Of a stretch of DNA of 64,000 nt, positions 1-13,849 are shown piece by piece. A program made the translations under genes and the position numbers. The stretch comes from Raillietiella orientalis (taxonomy: Eukaryota), in NCBI GenBank assembly GCA_036172245.1, contig JAYWIR010000005.1, forward strand, positions 3,658,001 through 3,722,000, in the 5' to 3' direction. The first letter of the stretch is position 1; each line of letters starts with the position of its first letter. Under the pieces are notes generated by a model. That model did not search any database, was not told the origin of the DNA, and was given only the letters and a program-made list of their open reading frames with translations.

Positions 1-1853
1 GAAGTTACAAAAGAGTAATCTGGATTGCTTAAACGTTCAGTGGTGTAGGACAGCTTCGAATTCATGTACCTGGGTTTCTTTTGGGGAATCACGGATATAG
101 GGATGGAAGCAGACGCTGCACTCATTACATAAACAGGTTGTTAGGTAAAGGGTTTATTCAAAAATTTCATTTCAAGGGAATTGTGATTTTTTTTTCTTTT
201 TTTTCAAGGTCTAGGAGTAAATCGAGTTGTCAACTGCATATGAGTAATTTTGAGATTTTTGTCGCCGATCCCGAAACCACTTCGTATGATGGGTTCATTA
301 CGAAATTCTGGACGATTATCGGTTTCAATTCGACTGTTTTTAAGGCCCATCTTCACGTGAGGGAATCGAACTGCAGGCGTGAGCCGACGGACCGTCATCA
401 CGGGCAAGTCAGTGTGTTCAACCGACATCCGGTGTCGACGCCGGACACGGAAGTGGGGATGAAAGGTGGACCTCCAGGAAAGATGTATCCCGCCGTTTGT
501 GAAAAATTGTGCAGATTCACGGGTGACCATTTGAAAAAAAAAAAAAGAAAAAGAAAACGGCTACTTATGCATAGCCGAACAGCTTTAAAACTGCGAACCA
601 AGAAATCGCCAGAAATTTTGCAAGACAAAAAAAAAAAAATCTGCTCTGAAGTGGATGCATGGGATTTTCCTTGGGTCTTATAAATGGAACGACGTGCTAT
701 TCGATTAAAGTAACGAGGCACGAATTAGCGGTCATCGAATTATGCATTTATTCAGGGAGATTTTTTGGAAGCAGACGAAATGGCCAAGGTGTAAAAAAGC
801 AGCGAGCATCATGGAAATGCCTGCTGAGGACCGGAGAATCGCGTGAAAAGTAGGAGGAAGCAAGATTGGGGAGGCTGCTGATAATGCAGGTCCAGAGTGG
901 GAAGAAGGTGCCTGGTGGAAATCATTTACATTAATTGTGTCAGGTGAGGGTGCCACTTTTGATGTAGTGTGTAGAGTCGATGGTTTTGTGTAAGTCACAA
1001 CTTGCTTGTATCGAGTTCCTGCCCTACCGTTTCACAGCTTGTGTGAATGTGAAGCCAAAAAAGAATTTTGCATTCCGTGCAAAGATTCATTAAGGAACTT
1101 GATTTAACATATAAAGCTTTAGTGAGTGTTCTTCATGGGAACGTGTTGGCTGCCTTTTTATCCTATAATTTGAAACCATGACTGTCAGTCGAAGTTCCTG
1201 TTTATTTTTTTTTTTCAAATTTCTAATTGTTTTTTCTGGGAACTAGTGGAGGATTCGACCGTCGGGTGATTATTCGAGATTAAACTATTAAGTTTTGTCT
1301 TGCATTACAATTATTGCAAATGGAAATTGTCAATTAATTATTTAATGTTATTATCTTGAAGGTACCCAACAGATGAAATTGCATTTGCTTTTCATGCAGT
1401 GACTTGTTTGTTAGTTCTGTTAATAATTTTAGAATATACGTTTAATTCGATGATATTTAGGTAAATGAGATTAACGAAGTTTAATAATTTGCACATTTAC
1501 AGTTACTGTGCATACAAGTAAAAATGGCGTTTTTCAAATTTCAAAAATAAGTATTGTTTGATATGAAACATACGTGGGTACCATATTGTTAGAAATTCTT
1601 TCATTTATTCATGCAGCTGAATTGTATATATTGTACGAGATGTGGAATAAATAATTTAATCGTTCATTAAAAGTTTAGAAAATTACTTTGGAAATGTTGA
1701 AAATCTTTTAAACATATAATTACATAATAAGCCGTAACTGAAAGGTTTTTATTCCACATTTTAGATAATGAAACAAGCAAGTAAATTTTTGAAATGCAAC
1801 TGCATCGTGTTTATGAGGAGCATTACTTTTATCATAATCAATAGTTAAGAAAG

Positions 1854-4603
1854 ATGTTACAAGAAGAAAGTAATTTGGAGCATAAAGAAGTCTTGCATGC
1901 ATGCATATGCGACCATTCTGTTTCACCAGTTAATAGCCAAGAATTATCAACAAACAATTTGCAACCTTCAAAACAGTCAAATTCTTTGTTTTGCTCCAAG
2001 CAGACAGAAGTAAATGATCATAAAAGCAAGGGAATTATTCAAGTCCTTGCAGAAAGATTTATCAGAAATTCCAAAAAACACATCAAAAGGAACATGTCAA
2101 AAATGAAAAATAGGAAACGCAATTCTTTTCAAGATTCAGAAATTCGGAAAAACTACCGAGCAACATCCAAAAAAGGAAGTAAGAGGTTGAAACTCAAGCA
2201 GCAGCAATCATCAGCCAAAGGTTGTGGACGAAGAAGCATATTCAAAAATGATGTAGGTATATCCCAAATTCCAACAAAATTCTGAATAATAATTTTTTGT
2301 CAGCCCCATAAATCTCTTACAGGAAGAGCATTCCCAATCACATCTCAACATGTATTTTACAAGGTTAGCATTTTCATTTGATAAGAAAAGAAATACTCTT
2401 TTGGAGTAGACTATAATCACTTTAATATTGGGAATCTGATCCAATCAATTCCCAGCACTGATTTCTTTGTGTAAAGTACAAATGGGGTTCTTGAACTGAT
2501 TTTTTTTTAATGGGAATCTGCAATTTCTTTTGAGAACACTGAGGCTTTACAACACATGGTTTTGTAGCATTCAGAATCCTACAGATTAGAATTTTAAGGA
2601 GCTTATTTGCTTTGCTCACATAGTGTGAATTTTGATGTTATGATTTTTAATTATTTTTCTTTGTTTATTTTGGGAAATGTGCAGGTTTTTTCTAGTTTAT
2701 CAAGCAGATCTTTACATATCAATTACTAATTTTGAAATGTCTGGTCAAGCAATTATTTGGATTAATTTAATTATGAAATATCATGTAACAAAAATAGTAA
2801 TGTGCAAATGTAAAAAAAAAAAAAAAAAGAAAAAAAAGAAAAAAACAATAATTCAGTGCATCCAATCCTTGACCAAGAAATCAACATTCAATTGGAGAGC
2901 CTTTTTATTATTATTATTATTATTATTATTGTTGTCGTTGTTGTTGATTTTGAATTAAGGGACCTTCAATATATCAACTTCATATCAGTTTGTTTTGTTA
3001 TTCATGTGAATGAATGAATAAAGAAACAAATTACCCAATAACTCATTTAAATCAATTAAATTTTATAAACAAGCCATTTCTATGATAATATCGAACTTTT
3101 TTGATAACAATCAGCCTTTTATTGTGCAGCATCTTTTAGTTTTAGAATCAGTAAAGTACCCTGCAATAGTAATTATAATGAGAAATAATACTATACTGTG
3201 AATAAGTTCATGCTTGAAGAAGTGTTAAAAAATCGGACCTCAGTTTTTTCAAACATACTTATAATAATGATTATCATGCACCTTGAAATTGTATTTTGAA
3301 ACAAAATACCACAGAATGAAATAAAAGTGATTCTACACAGTCAGGGAAAATAGATGCAGACTATAGATGTTCAGAACCTGCTTGAAATTAGAATGGAAGT
3401 AATCAGGAATCCAAGTACATGTGCAATTTGTAAGATCATATCACTATTCTGGTCTTGACAGCTTTTGATCATCACAGTTTCCATCTTTGAAGATAACTTT
3501 TCCTACCAGCACCCCTTCATGCATGATCACTGACTTGTCTGCCCAGTGTTATCAGAATTCGTTGTAGATCGTGATGTTTCCAACTTTTCTGTTCGTATCA
3601 CCAATAAATGAGGAGATGCTTGCCTTTTAAAATACGTCTTTGTGCACAGTGGGCCTTGCATTTCAAGATGACATTATTGCCTTTAAAGCCTTAGAAAATT
3701 CCCTACCTCTGTGTGTATTTAAACTATGTTTTATCATTGTGGCTTTGCGTGTTTTCATTTTCTGAATTCTCGAGTTCTCCAAAATAAAGGAAAATCTACG
3801 AAGGTTCCGTCTTCCAACTCCACTTGGCCAGTTGGAAGTATGTTTTTGTATCTTTAAAACCCCACCATGTATTAATGTTTGGGTTAAATGCAAAAATGCA
3901 ACGTTTAATTTGCATCATTCACTGCTATAAGGATGAGATGCTGTTTTGTGTGAAAGCTTCATAAGAGACGTAAAATGGAAACATGAAAATTAAATTAGTG
4001 CATGTGAGTGAGTGAATGTAGAAACTTTGGGGATTCTTGAAAAATGTACCTAAAAAGTGCATTAAAGGGTGCATTGTAGGTACAGAAAATTAATTGATTC
4101 ATTTCACTGGCATGCAGTTAATGAACAAAATATTTCAGCAAGCGTATTATCAGATTGGAGACATAGTGTCAATGGTTGATTATGATGGAGGAATATATTA
4201 TGCTCAGCTCAAGGGATTTCTGCAAGATGAGTACTGTGAGAAAAGTGCCACAGTGACCTGGCTTATTCCTACACATGCCAGCCCATCACCAGAGAAGGGT
4301 TTTGACCCAGCTACTTATCTTTTAGGTGTGATATATAAAAGTTGCTGCATCTCGTTCACCTTTTCTTTAGGACCAGAAGAAGACATTCCCCGTAAACTTG
4401 AATTTATGAGGTTTGTGTGCCATGCTCCATCAGAATATTTTATGCTTAAGAAGTCACCTTATCCAGTGAGGACTTTTTTAAACCAGACTAATTTTGTGTG
4501 GTCTAGATTGGGACCAGAATACTTTGTGCGAAGTAATGTAAGCATGCATTTTCCTTATTTTTTTATGCATTCAAGTGCCAGGAATGATAATGCTATAGTC
4601 TGA
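1854..4603 (+). CDS. GATAD1: GATA zinc finger domain-containing protein 1 (GATAD1/ODAG)-like, spliced
   Basis: Exons ~1854-2252, 2304-2363, 4139-4325 and 4371-4603 with GT-AG introns (51, 1775, 45 nt) splice in frame to KGCGRRSIFKND-PHKSLTGRAFPITSQHVFYK-QAYYQIGDIVSMVDYDGGIYYAQLKGFLQDEYCEKSATVTWLIPT...GFDPATYLLGPEEDIPRKLEFMRFVCHAPSEYF, the conserved C-terminal region of GATAD1. The true start and last exon are uncertain (acceptor at ~1844; possible donor at 4538). Confidence 0.88.
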
Positions 4604-5199
4604 AATTTCATATTCTGGATTTCCTGTTGCCGAATTTCTGTAGGGGTAGTCATGTAGTTTGAGACTTTCTGTAAAGCTTGCTTTTACCTTAATTTTTCAT
4701 TTAGTAGTGTGCTTGCATCCACAGACTTCAACTGAATTTAAGAAACGTTTTTTGTTTGCAGCAATTAAATCAGTGAACGAGCATGGTCTCTTGAGAAGGG
4801 TACTGATAATGCTGAAACCAAGCAGAAGCTGCTCATTTAACTTTGCGCCTAATGGGTGGTTGGTCAGTGCAACCCCTGTTTGTATTTGTTTGCAGACTCA
4901 ATAAAGATAAAGATAATTCTCAGCATTCATTCCAAAAAGCTGCAAAGATGTAAAAGTTGAATCTGTCTTGCGCATCTTTACTATATAAAATTAATGTTAA
5001 GGTACTTTTGTTCACTTACTTTTATTCCCTCGCAGTTTGTTGGTGTGATAACAACGGCAGTGGTGGCGATATCAGCAATCGGTGGTGCAGTGTTTTTGCG
5101 TTATAACACTGCATCAGCAGTAGCAAATGAGTTGCAATGAATGAATAATTATCTCTTCCAGTTGTTTTGCGTTAATGGTAGACGGAAGTAGTTTCCGAT

Positions 5200-6850
5200 C
5201 ACACGGCAAAATTTGTTGACATGGTGGCAAAATGACTTGGGTCTGATGAATTTCTGAAAATTTCGCACTTCTTGGTGAACGGAAACATTCTGTTCTTTTC
5301 TCGTGATATCCACCGCATCGTTCCTTGGAATCTTCATAGAACGTTTGATAGCTTGTAAAAAAAAAAAAAAAAAAGAAAAAGAAAAAAAATGCGCAGAGGT
5401 CTTCTTGAGAACTGGAGAGCCCACAGAAAGATCTCGTTTTACTCTTATCTTCGCTCCTGTCATTTGTTTATCAAATGCATAGTGTGCTCTCCAAATCTTG
5501 CTGCACTCAGCTTTCTAATTCACCCATTCATAAGCTCAGCACCGCATGCTTGCATAGCAGGAGGTGTCGAGGCCATCGCATTCCGAGTACTCTCTTGCAA
5601 AACAGCTCGCACCCAAATTGCAGTGGCAAGTGAATAGGAACGACTCTTTCGTGTATTGATGGAAGCAATGATTGTTATTATGTGGAAAGATGAAGTGGTT
5701 GATGCTATTTTGAGATGAAAGTGGCACAAAGTATTCGAACTTGGCATGCCCCTTAGTCAGCTCATATATGGAAGAAAGGGTACTCTTCATATCTTTTCCC
5801 TTCTTCACAGTGAACGAACTGCTATGCTGAGATTTTCTCAGGGCACGCATCTACCGTTCTGCGAGCTGTGCAAAATTCAGCATCAGAGCATGAACTGAGC
5901 AATGTTCAAAATACTTTCTTTCGCATCATCATGCAGGAACTCATTCCAGGCCGTTGGTGACATGAACTGTGTAAATCTGAAGTTTGTTAAGAGTGAGCAA
6001 CATGGGCAGTTCGGCTATTATCAGTAGTGACTGTGCGTGTGTCACTCTCGCGCCGGTTCGGTTTTTTGTGTTTTGTGTTCATTTGCTGCATCATGATCTG
6101 GCTTCCCGAAAAAGATTCGCGGTGCCACAAAAGAACACAACAGGCGATGCATGTTCTTGTTTCTAATCAGAACTTTATGAGAAACTGTTAGTCGTTCTTT
6201 GGACGTGACAGAATTGGAACCCCAAGTTGCCTTAGAGAAGACAAACACAACCGCATCAAGATCTCATCGGAAGTTTACTCCGGCTCGTGACGAGAATTGC
6301 ATACGAATATCCTTTGTATTTGCATTACAAGGACGTCATCGTTTTTACAAGAGGTAGAGGTCGAGTGTTTCACGACTTTATGAGAAACAGTTGAGTGCTA
6401 CAACTGCGCGACAGCCGCCCTGATGTGCAGTGTTAGCTCCATAGCACGTGCGGCACTCACCGATGTCACTTGTGGTCCATGATGAGCACGTGTTCAGCGG
6501 TGCTTGTCGCTCCATTGCGTGATGCAGGAGACGTGTGTCTGTATGTTGATGTGGGATCAAGGAAATCTTTCCTAGTTGCCCATTTTCATTGCAAGGAATT
6601 TTTTCCCCATGTCCCCACGCTGGTGGACATTAGGCAAATCTTAAATTTGCTGTAAATTAGGTCTTCCAGTTTTGGAAATTCGAGATCCCAATTATCGGAA
6701 ATTGGTTCTCGGATTGCCCTGTCGATGCTGCGCTGGGATGTGTTCGTAATGAAGCCACGAGTAAATTACTGGCTTCCGGAGTGTGTAGTGGTTGTTTTTG
6801 GTGTGTTTTCCCTGTCATCTTCTCACTTCTCAGAGGAAGCATTCTTCATG
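5200..6850 (-). mobile_element. Heavily decayed L1/Tx1-like ORF2 3' half (relic A)
   Basis: Degenerate motifs in the expected order: TGQSENQFPI (NG..S..F.i.RG), HQHTDT (YADD position), KATWGSNSVTSKERLTVSHKVL (W...LS..GR) and ECSK..EHTMHL (CCHC remnant, ~5480). Many stops and frameshifts; boundaries approximate. Confidence 0.5.
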
Positions 6851-7499
6851 TTACCAGAACGGTGATTCAATTAATTGTTCGTGCGTTTTATATTTGCGTT
6901 TTCCTGTACCGGGGAACTGTGGCGGGTGTACTTTCTACACTGTTTACACAGTTTTTTACTTTGAGCAGGTAAAACCTGGATCTGTTTTTTAAGTCCTGTT
7001 GACTCGTAAACCCAAGCTTGAAAGCTTAGCTAGCCTTAGCTATGTCGGAACAAAAAAATGGTTTCTTCTGAAAGGTTCGTTGAGAATTGGTAATAACCGG
7101 TTTTAGAACTTTGCAAGTCCACCAAAGGGATTCGTGAATCGACCTTTCAAAGGGAACAAATGTTCCCACCAAACCTACAGCTTTCAAGATACCACAACAG
7201 CGTGGGACGAACCTCAGCGTATAGGAAACGCCTCATCTAATCCAGAAAACGACAGTGGTCAAGTTCACTGATTCCACGTGCATGTGGAGCGAGTAAGGCT
7301 CACAGTGGTAGGAAACAGTGGTAGTGTCGAGGTAGAAAAGTCAGTTACGGAAGATAGGCATGCTAAATGTAGTGACGAACTGTCGATGTGCTTGTTGCTG
7401 ATCTCTTCCACAATGTTGCTTCTGGGTAGAAGTCTTGTTCCTCGAACGGAAGGAAGCGTTCATGGTGCAGAAGCGCAGCTGAAGGGCGAGTGAGATGAT

Positions 7500-8105
7500 T
7501 GGGATGCCTTTCACGACGAAGAGTACGCGACGTCATTACTAGCATCGATTGATGTATGGAAAAATCACGTGCTTAATGTCCTATCCATGCGTGCGAAGGG
7601 GAGGGAGTCTGTTGTACTGAATGATGTAGCCTTTTTTATCACTTTTGGGAAGGGTGCAATGTTAGTTTACGAATGGAAATTCTGTTAGTGGAGAGGAATA
7701 TAACTCCTGAGTCTTAATAGGTGCCTTGGAAATGAGCTGACGGCGTGTTGATGTGCAAGCTGCATAGAGGGAGCATTGAAATACAATTCGCAAGCCCACT
7801 CGTACGCTTCAAACCGAAAGAATCGCTGTGACTGCTTCTTCATTCACTTATGGCATGCGAGCTCTGGAATCGAAACCAAAGAGTGCATGCGGCTGCATGG
7901 TCAGGTGTTCCCAGCTGCTTAGTCGATGAAACCTTGCCCTTGAACTGCTCCATGAGCATGCTTGGCCAGAGCGGCCGCGAGTGCTTGTTTGGAGAGGAGG
8001 AGTTGAGGTCGGCAGTCAGGCAGTATTTTGTAGAGGTATTGAGGTTTTGCAGATTGAAGTATCCATGGAAAACGTTCAGAATGGTTTCCCTGTGCGACAG
8101 AAGGT
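7500..8105 (+). mobile_element. Decayed APE-type endonuclease fragment of an L1-like element (relic B)
   Basis: GVLMCKL..YASN...FFIHL followed by WSGVPSCLVD (GDFNC.lD position) and EELRSAVRQYFVEVLRFCRLKYPWKTF. Weak resemblance seen by eye. Confidence 0.35.
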
Positions 8106-10650
8106 GACGTGACCCAAGTCGCTAGCCTCTCGAGCGCACATGCGCAACGCCTCCTGAGGAGCTTTTCAGAGTCGATTATCAAGTTTACCAATCCGTAGCA
8201 GCTCCGTTGTGCCATCGCATTTAGAGACGCGACTGCGAACGAGATGTGAGTTGCAGTTTCTCACGCTCCTTGGAGTGAGGGTGTGCGAGCGAACGACAAT
8301 TTTTTCCCGCGCTGCGCAAAAATTCAACCAGATTTCGAAAGGCGAAGAGGACATTCGAGAAAAATCCTTCTCGAGATGTGTATTTGATTCTCAGCATTTG
8401 AGAACTCTTGGTCCGACCCGTCACAGCAAGATTTCTACACTTGCTCACCGCCCGCAGGCAAGTGGACCGAACGCTGCGAAGACTACAGGGAACGCCCAAG
8501 CTACCGCGCGTCCGCAAACCCCCGCCTTCGAGCAATCGTCACAAGGGCATGGGCAAGGTCGGTGAATTTGGACTGCTCTGCAGGATCTTTTGTGGTCCGT
8601 TCTCAATATCGAAGACCACCTAAGACTTGCCCTCCCTCTTTCTAACGTCAAAGGCTTGCCTCCTCTTCATCTACTGGTGAAATCTTGAGCATGTCATGCA
8701 GGAAAACCTCAGAAGAAGATTCCACGAGGTGACATGTAAAAGACCGTAGGTACAGGATTCTGAGAAAACAGAAATGATGCATTTTCATGACACACTCCAT
8801 TCTCATGCACTGACTCCTCGTGCTGGCCTCCTTGAAATAAATGAGCTCCATAAATGCAAGGATCGTGGATCTAACTGTTCTCCAAAGAAAGCTCTTCGAA
8901 TGTTCGGGAGCGCCCTTTCACCCTTTCTTGGGGCTCAGAAACCTTCGGCTTCATGTGTCGATTCTCTCCTTCCGTGCTTCTGCAAACTTCTGCGGAAGTT
9001 TGCAGAAGTAGAATCTTCCTGAAACTTGGAAGGTGGGGTACAGCGCGGGAAGCGGATCTCGAATTGCGGGTATGGAAGAAAATGCGTGCCTTTCTGTTGG
9101 AAAAAAAAAAAGGAATGCTTCGACTCGCCAGTTCGATCTTTTCCGCAAGGGACTGATTTTCTCCTGGGTCCGAACACCTCTATATTCCGAACCACCCTTC
9201 CCAGCTTCCATCTTCCGTCCTGGATCATGGGCTAGCGGGAGAAGAGCGCAAACGAAGCCAAAGCTCACCATCATAACGCAGTTTACACCTGGAGGTTCTG
9301 CAGCTCCTCTGGAAGTTGCAAACTCTCCCTAAAGGGCCAGCGGTATCTGGAGGTCCGGTTCGTAAGTTCAGTGTTGCTGAAGGAATAAATCTCCGACCAG
9401 TAAGGAGTCATGAGCTCTTCTTAACGTGGCCTACCCTCACCGCCGTATAGTCCCCCGTGAAATGGGAAAAGGTGCACTCCCATGCCCAGCCTCCATAGAA
9501 TTTCCTTTCGCGGCGCCCAGAAATCCCCTCATAGAGCGAATTTGTTCAGTAGCTTCGTCGGGATCTGTAGCTCCCCCTCTCACGTTTCGGAAAATTCCAG
9601 TCATGTTCCTAGCCTTTCCCTGGTTTTGGTACCGGAGAGCCGGGAGCAAAGCCACGGCACTGTTAACCACTCGGTTGAATTCTCCAGGGACACCAAGTCG
9701 TATCTGACGTCGAGGATGCGGTCGTTGTCAAGATCCGTACGCTTCTACACGGACCAGACTGTGCGGTATGGAAACAGTGAGAAGGACAGCAGCGGAAAAG
9801 AGGGATGTATGCCTGGCGATTTATAAAAGAGATGCTGATTTCATGGAAAGCTCTTCCTCTGTACGTTTGAAAGAGGAATGGAAAGCACTTTCGGAAAGTG
9901 TCAGTAAATACGGTACGTCAGGGACACCCACAATACATGTGGAGAGGACCTTTGCACATGTATTGTCCAAAAAAGAACAATCTGGCAAGCGTGAAGAAAA
10001 TGAGAGGAGCCGTGGTGGAAAATGGATGCGTTCTTTCATAGTATTTAATTTTTCTCTAAAAGTGCCGTATAACTTCAATCCATTTTATCATTTATTGCAT
10101 GTTGGTAAATGCGTTTATGCAACACCTGGCATCGGCGCCATGATTGCAGTTGCATCCTCTTAGCAGGAGCATTGTCAAGTTCACACAGTTAGTACATTTG
10201 AAATCCACGAAGAGGGGATTCCTATCCGAGTCCCCGCACTTCTTCCTGCTCCTCACACACAGGCAAAAGCTTATCGATTTCTCTATGCCTGCGCTCCGCA
10301 CACCATGCAGTAGAAATTTTCGCAGTTTCCGCTGAAACGCCGGAACGTCCTCCATCTGATGCACCTTAAGCGGTGACCATCAGGTTGCCAATCCTTCTGT
10401 TGTAAACCGGATAATCTCGTTTTGAGGCCCGCAAGCCCTGCCCTCGGCTTGTGTTGCAACCTCATCGCTTCTCATCACTTCCTTCTGCCTTGGTACAAAT
10501 TTTAGTCCTGGCAACATTTTTGATGTATCTTGAAAACATCTGTTGAACTTGCCAACACACTAAAACACAGGGTAACGGAAGGAGGGCATTTCATCTGCCA
10601 TCACGCAGGTTGGGTCACCGTTATTTTCTCGGATCAGTTGCTGCCGTAGC
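8105..10650 (-). mobile_element. Decayed L1/Tx1-like ORF2, endonuclease to RT (relic C)
   Basis: Colinear remnants: FQDT (LQET), LFVDFKC (GDFNC), ATDPDEA, LMTPYWSEI, PPDTAG (PGPDG), RSNWRV (NWRP), YFKEASTRS (DF.KAFD), AFDVRK, PCDD (YADD position) and SDLG (GGLG). Confidence 0.6.
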
Positions 10651-11449
10651 CATTCTGCCAATTTTCTTTCATCAGTTCTTATAGGGAAACGAGACTTTCC
10701 AGAGATCCCTGATCTTATAGCATGTTGCTTCGTAGAAGGAGCACCTGAACATCAGCAGCTTCCACCCGCGCACCGAGCTGTGGTTTCAAACGAGCAACTT
10801 CCAAGTTTGGGTCCATTTCTTGCAAGTGCTGTGGAATACCTTGTGTACTTAAGAAATTGAATGGCCAATCTTGAAATCAGGAAATTTAATGGGAGAATGA
10901 AGAGAGGTTGCAACAGTTTGAATTTGAATAAAAACATAAGATGAAAGTACATTTATCATTTTGTAAGTCGAACCGAATTGTTCAGTGAGACGATGGCACA
11001 GAAGCCCTGGAAAATTCAATCAAGCAAGAGGCATGCATCAGACGAAACGAGAGCCCACGACAGCGTAGGGCTTTCTTCCTCAAGAGAGGAAGGCACAGAA
11101 GACACTTCTCACTGAACCAGTCCCCCCCTAACATGGAGTCGATCAGAGGTGCAGTTGTATCCCCCCTCCTCCATATCAAGAGAACAAACTGCGCAAAAGA
11201 TTATCTGTCCATCTCGTTCCATGGGATAAATGCTTGCACGCAGCCCAGGAGCAATTGAGGAAGATGCACTAGCTTCCATCCTCCCGAATAGCTCTCCATA
11301 AAAGTTAGAATAGCCTCATTTTCACGGTCATTAATGCTCCAAATAAAAGATATAAAAGCTCTCTTCTGCTCATCCCAGTATTTTCCGACAAAAATAAAAT
11401 AAAATAAAATGGAATGAATAATTACGGCACACTTCCGCTTCATGAAGGA

Positions 11450-13400
11450 AGCAATGAAACTTCAAATGCATCTGATCTCTGGGGCATTTGCCTAACATCG
11501 CGTTGTGCGACAGTGAGCAGATGTCATCCAGGCATTTGCCAAGGGCAAGGCTTTAGCTGGTTCCGGAAATATAAATCCCAATTTCAACGTTTAACGCGTA
11601 ATCTCTTTATTGTTGGTCCGCATGCTGCCCTCTGAACTGGCAAACAAGACCAAAATCCCCCTCGAGTGCGGCGCGCAAGATTTTTGACACGCACGTCTTC
11701 GGTGGGATTCCTCCTTGGTTCCTCAAGCACGCTGGTGCCCCGGGATCCCTTCGTGTTTCGGCGCATCTTCGAGTGCCACTTTATCCACTTCTGGTTCTCG
11801 ACCACCATATCGGTCCACAGTTTGCAGTCCTGTTCTTTTTCCTCGAAGTCAACTTTCCTAGCGAAAGCGAATGGTTTGACCCGAAAGGAACGTTGGGTCT
11901 CCAAGTGAAGCGCTGCGTTGGAACACGGCCCCTTCCTTGCCTGCAACCATTTCAGATACCTTCACACAAGCCGATTGACTGTTCGCCCAATTAAGACAAC
12001 CGGGAACCACACAGATCCAAGAAAAGAAATCTGATTGATTGCTAAGTGTGTCACGTAAGTCTTGAGGGACCTGGGGTTGTACGGACGTGGAAAACGCTTC
12101 TCCAAGGAAAGTTCAAAGGACTTTTCCGGTGTCTGGAATATACTTTGTTAAGGCAGAGCGGTAGGCAAGGATGCTGAGGTTGCTGAGAAAGCAAAAGTGG
12201 AGTTTAAGAAAGGATAAACCGCCTTCGGAAACTTGCATGTTGTCTGTCAACAGGTTGGGACAACTGGAGGCATGGCCACCGAAAACCCACCGCGTCACTT
12301 GCGCTTCAGATCAAAGCAGCTGTGCACGAGAAGTGGCACAAGGTTGGGGGGTGGCTAACACTTCGGAGATCGGTTCGTAGCAACTTCAAGGAATGCTTGC
12401 TACGTGTGCATTCCTTGAAGGTGTTACGAATGGATGAAATGTGTGACGCACACGTACCGTGCGTTTCCTGTAGTTACAACGAATGAATAGCCTGGTAAGG
12501 CGCGTATCAGTTTCTCACTTCCGCAGGAAAGGTTCATTTCGTTTTCATGGAGTGCCCTTGCTTCACAGGCGCCAGCTCATCTCTTGTGACAGCAGACCTC
12601 CAGCATTCACGGCAGCGTATTTGTTTTTTGTTTTTTCAATTTGAGCACGCATTTTCGGTGTTTCCGGCCGGCAGTGGTCGACTCCGTGCAATGAGATTAT
12701 ATTTTGCGGATTTTCCAGCTTATAAATTACAAAAAAACCTGAAGGAAAAAAGAACCTGAATTTCATGAATCGTCACCACGTCAAGAAAGCTTACTACACT
12801 GCGCTTCAAGAGCTTTCCAGCCAACGACGCACTGAATACACACGAATGACCCGCAAACACGCGCTGTTGCAGCAACGGTCACCTGTGTCATGCATCTCCC
12901 CACCTCATCCAGCATGGGATTCTACGAACCCCTGCATGCTTCTACGATGCCACCAAGAGCTTTTCACTCGCGTGTGCACCCTACGAATGCTACCTCGAAC
13001 CGCGCGCTGAACCCGGAAACCCGCGTTTGCCATCGTCCAACCAGTCGAAGGTGCATCTTCAAGGAAAAGCTTCTCAGCATCAGGGTTCTGCAACCTAAAA
13101 ACGCAGACCGAATAACAACCTCATGCAGGTTCGATGCTTGGCACGTTCGCAAATGCATGATGGCGTTTCCGGTGAAGCTTCGGACGCCTTGCTACGCTGG
13201 ACGCAGCGGCAGTCCGGGCTGACCCCGTGAAGACTTGAAACGGAGACCTCGGGCCAAGCTCGGGGAAGTCTGGGAGCGGGGTCTGTGGTCCAACGAGAAA
13301 TGTACCATTTCGATGGAGATGGAACTGCATTTCGTAGCATCTCGGGGTCGACCGCGTCTCTCACGGTGTGCACCTTTGGTGTGTATCCTGAAACGCAAGC
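11450..13400 (-). mobile_element. Decayed L1/Tx1-like ORF2 (relic D)
   Basis: AAVNAGGLLSQEMSWRL (LLN.D.K...K.LA.RL), FKECTRSKH (KAFD.V.H), KTYVTHL (YADD position) and RVKNLARRTRGGF (GGLG block), in the correct order. Confidence 0.5.
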
Positions 13401-13849
13401 ACCTTCGGTTCTAGCCCGTGCTGTGATAAGACATGCCTATCACAGGCGTGTCAGCAGTTTAATTTCACGGTGGTTTTCTGTAAGAATCAAAGCCAAAACA
13501 CTTCGAGCTCGGAATAAAACATGAAATTACCATATCTGAATTTAACCTTGAAGAACGAGCGCTGGATCTCTCGAAGACATCCGAAAGATAACCCGTCGAT
13601 CATCAAAAAACATGCATAAGCAAAAAGACTGCATCCGATCCAGAACATCAACGGTTTGTAACACACAAAAAAGGTCCACCTGCTTCTCAGACGACCAGTA
13701 CTTTTAACATTGCCATTTCAAAGGCAATCGGCGCGTAGAAAAAAACTCATATAAAACGAAAACAAAATGGTTGTTCTGCATGCAACTACACGACAATCTG
13801 AAAGAACAAGTTGGCTGCCTTCTTGACTGTATCCCTTTCGATTCTTACT

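Noticed and set aside
1..860. ORFs 81-683 (+) and 204-530 (-), and a possible divergent first exon MSAASASIP (minus, ~70-125)
   Set aside because: No recognisable homology, and the ORFs run through homopolymer tracts. The region may be promoter or UTR but this cannot be supported here.
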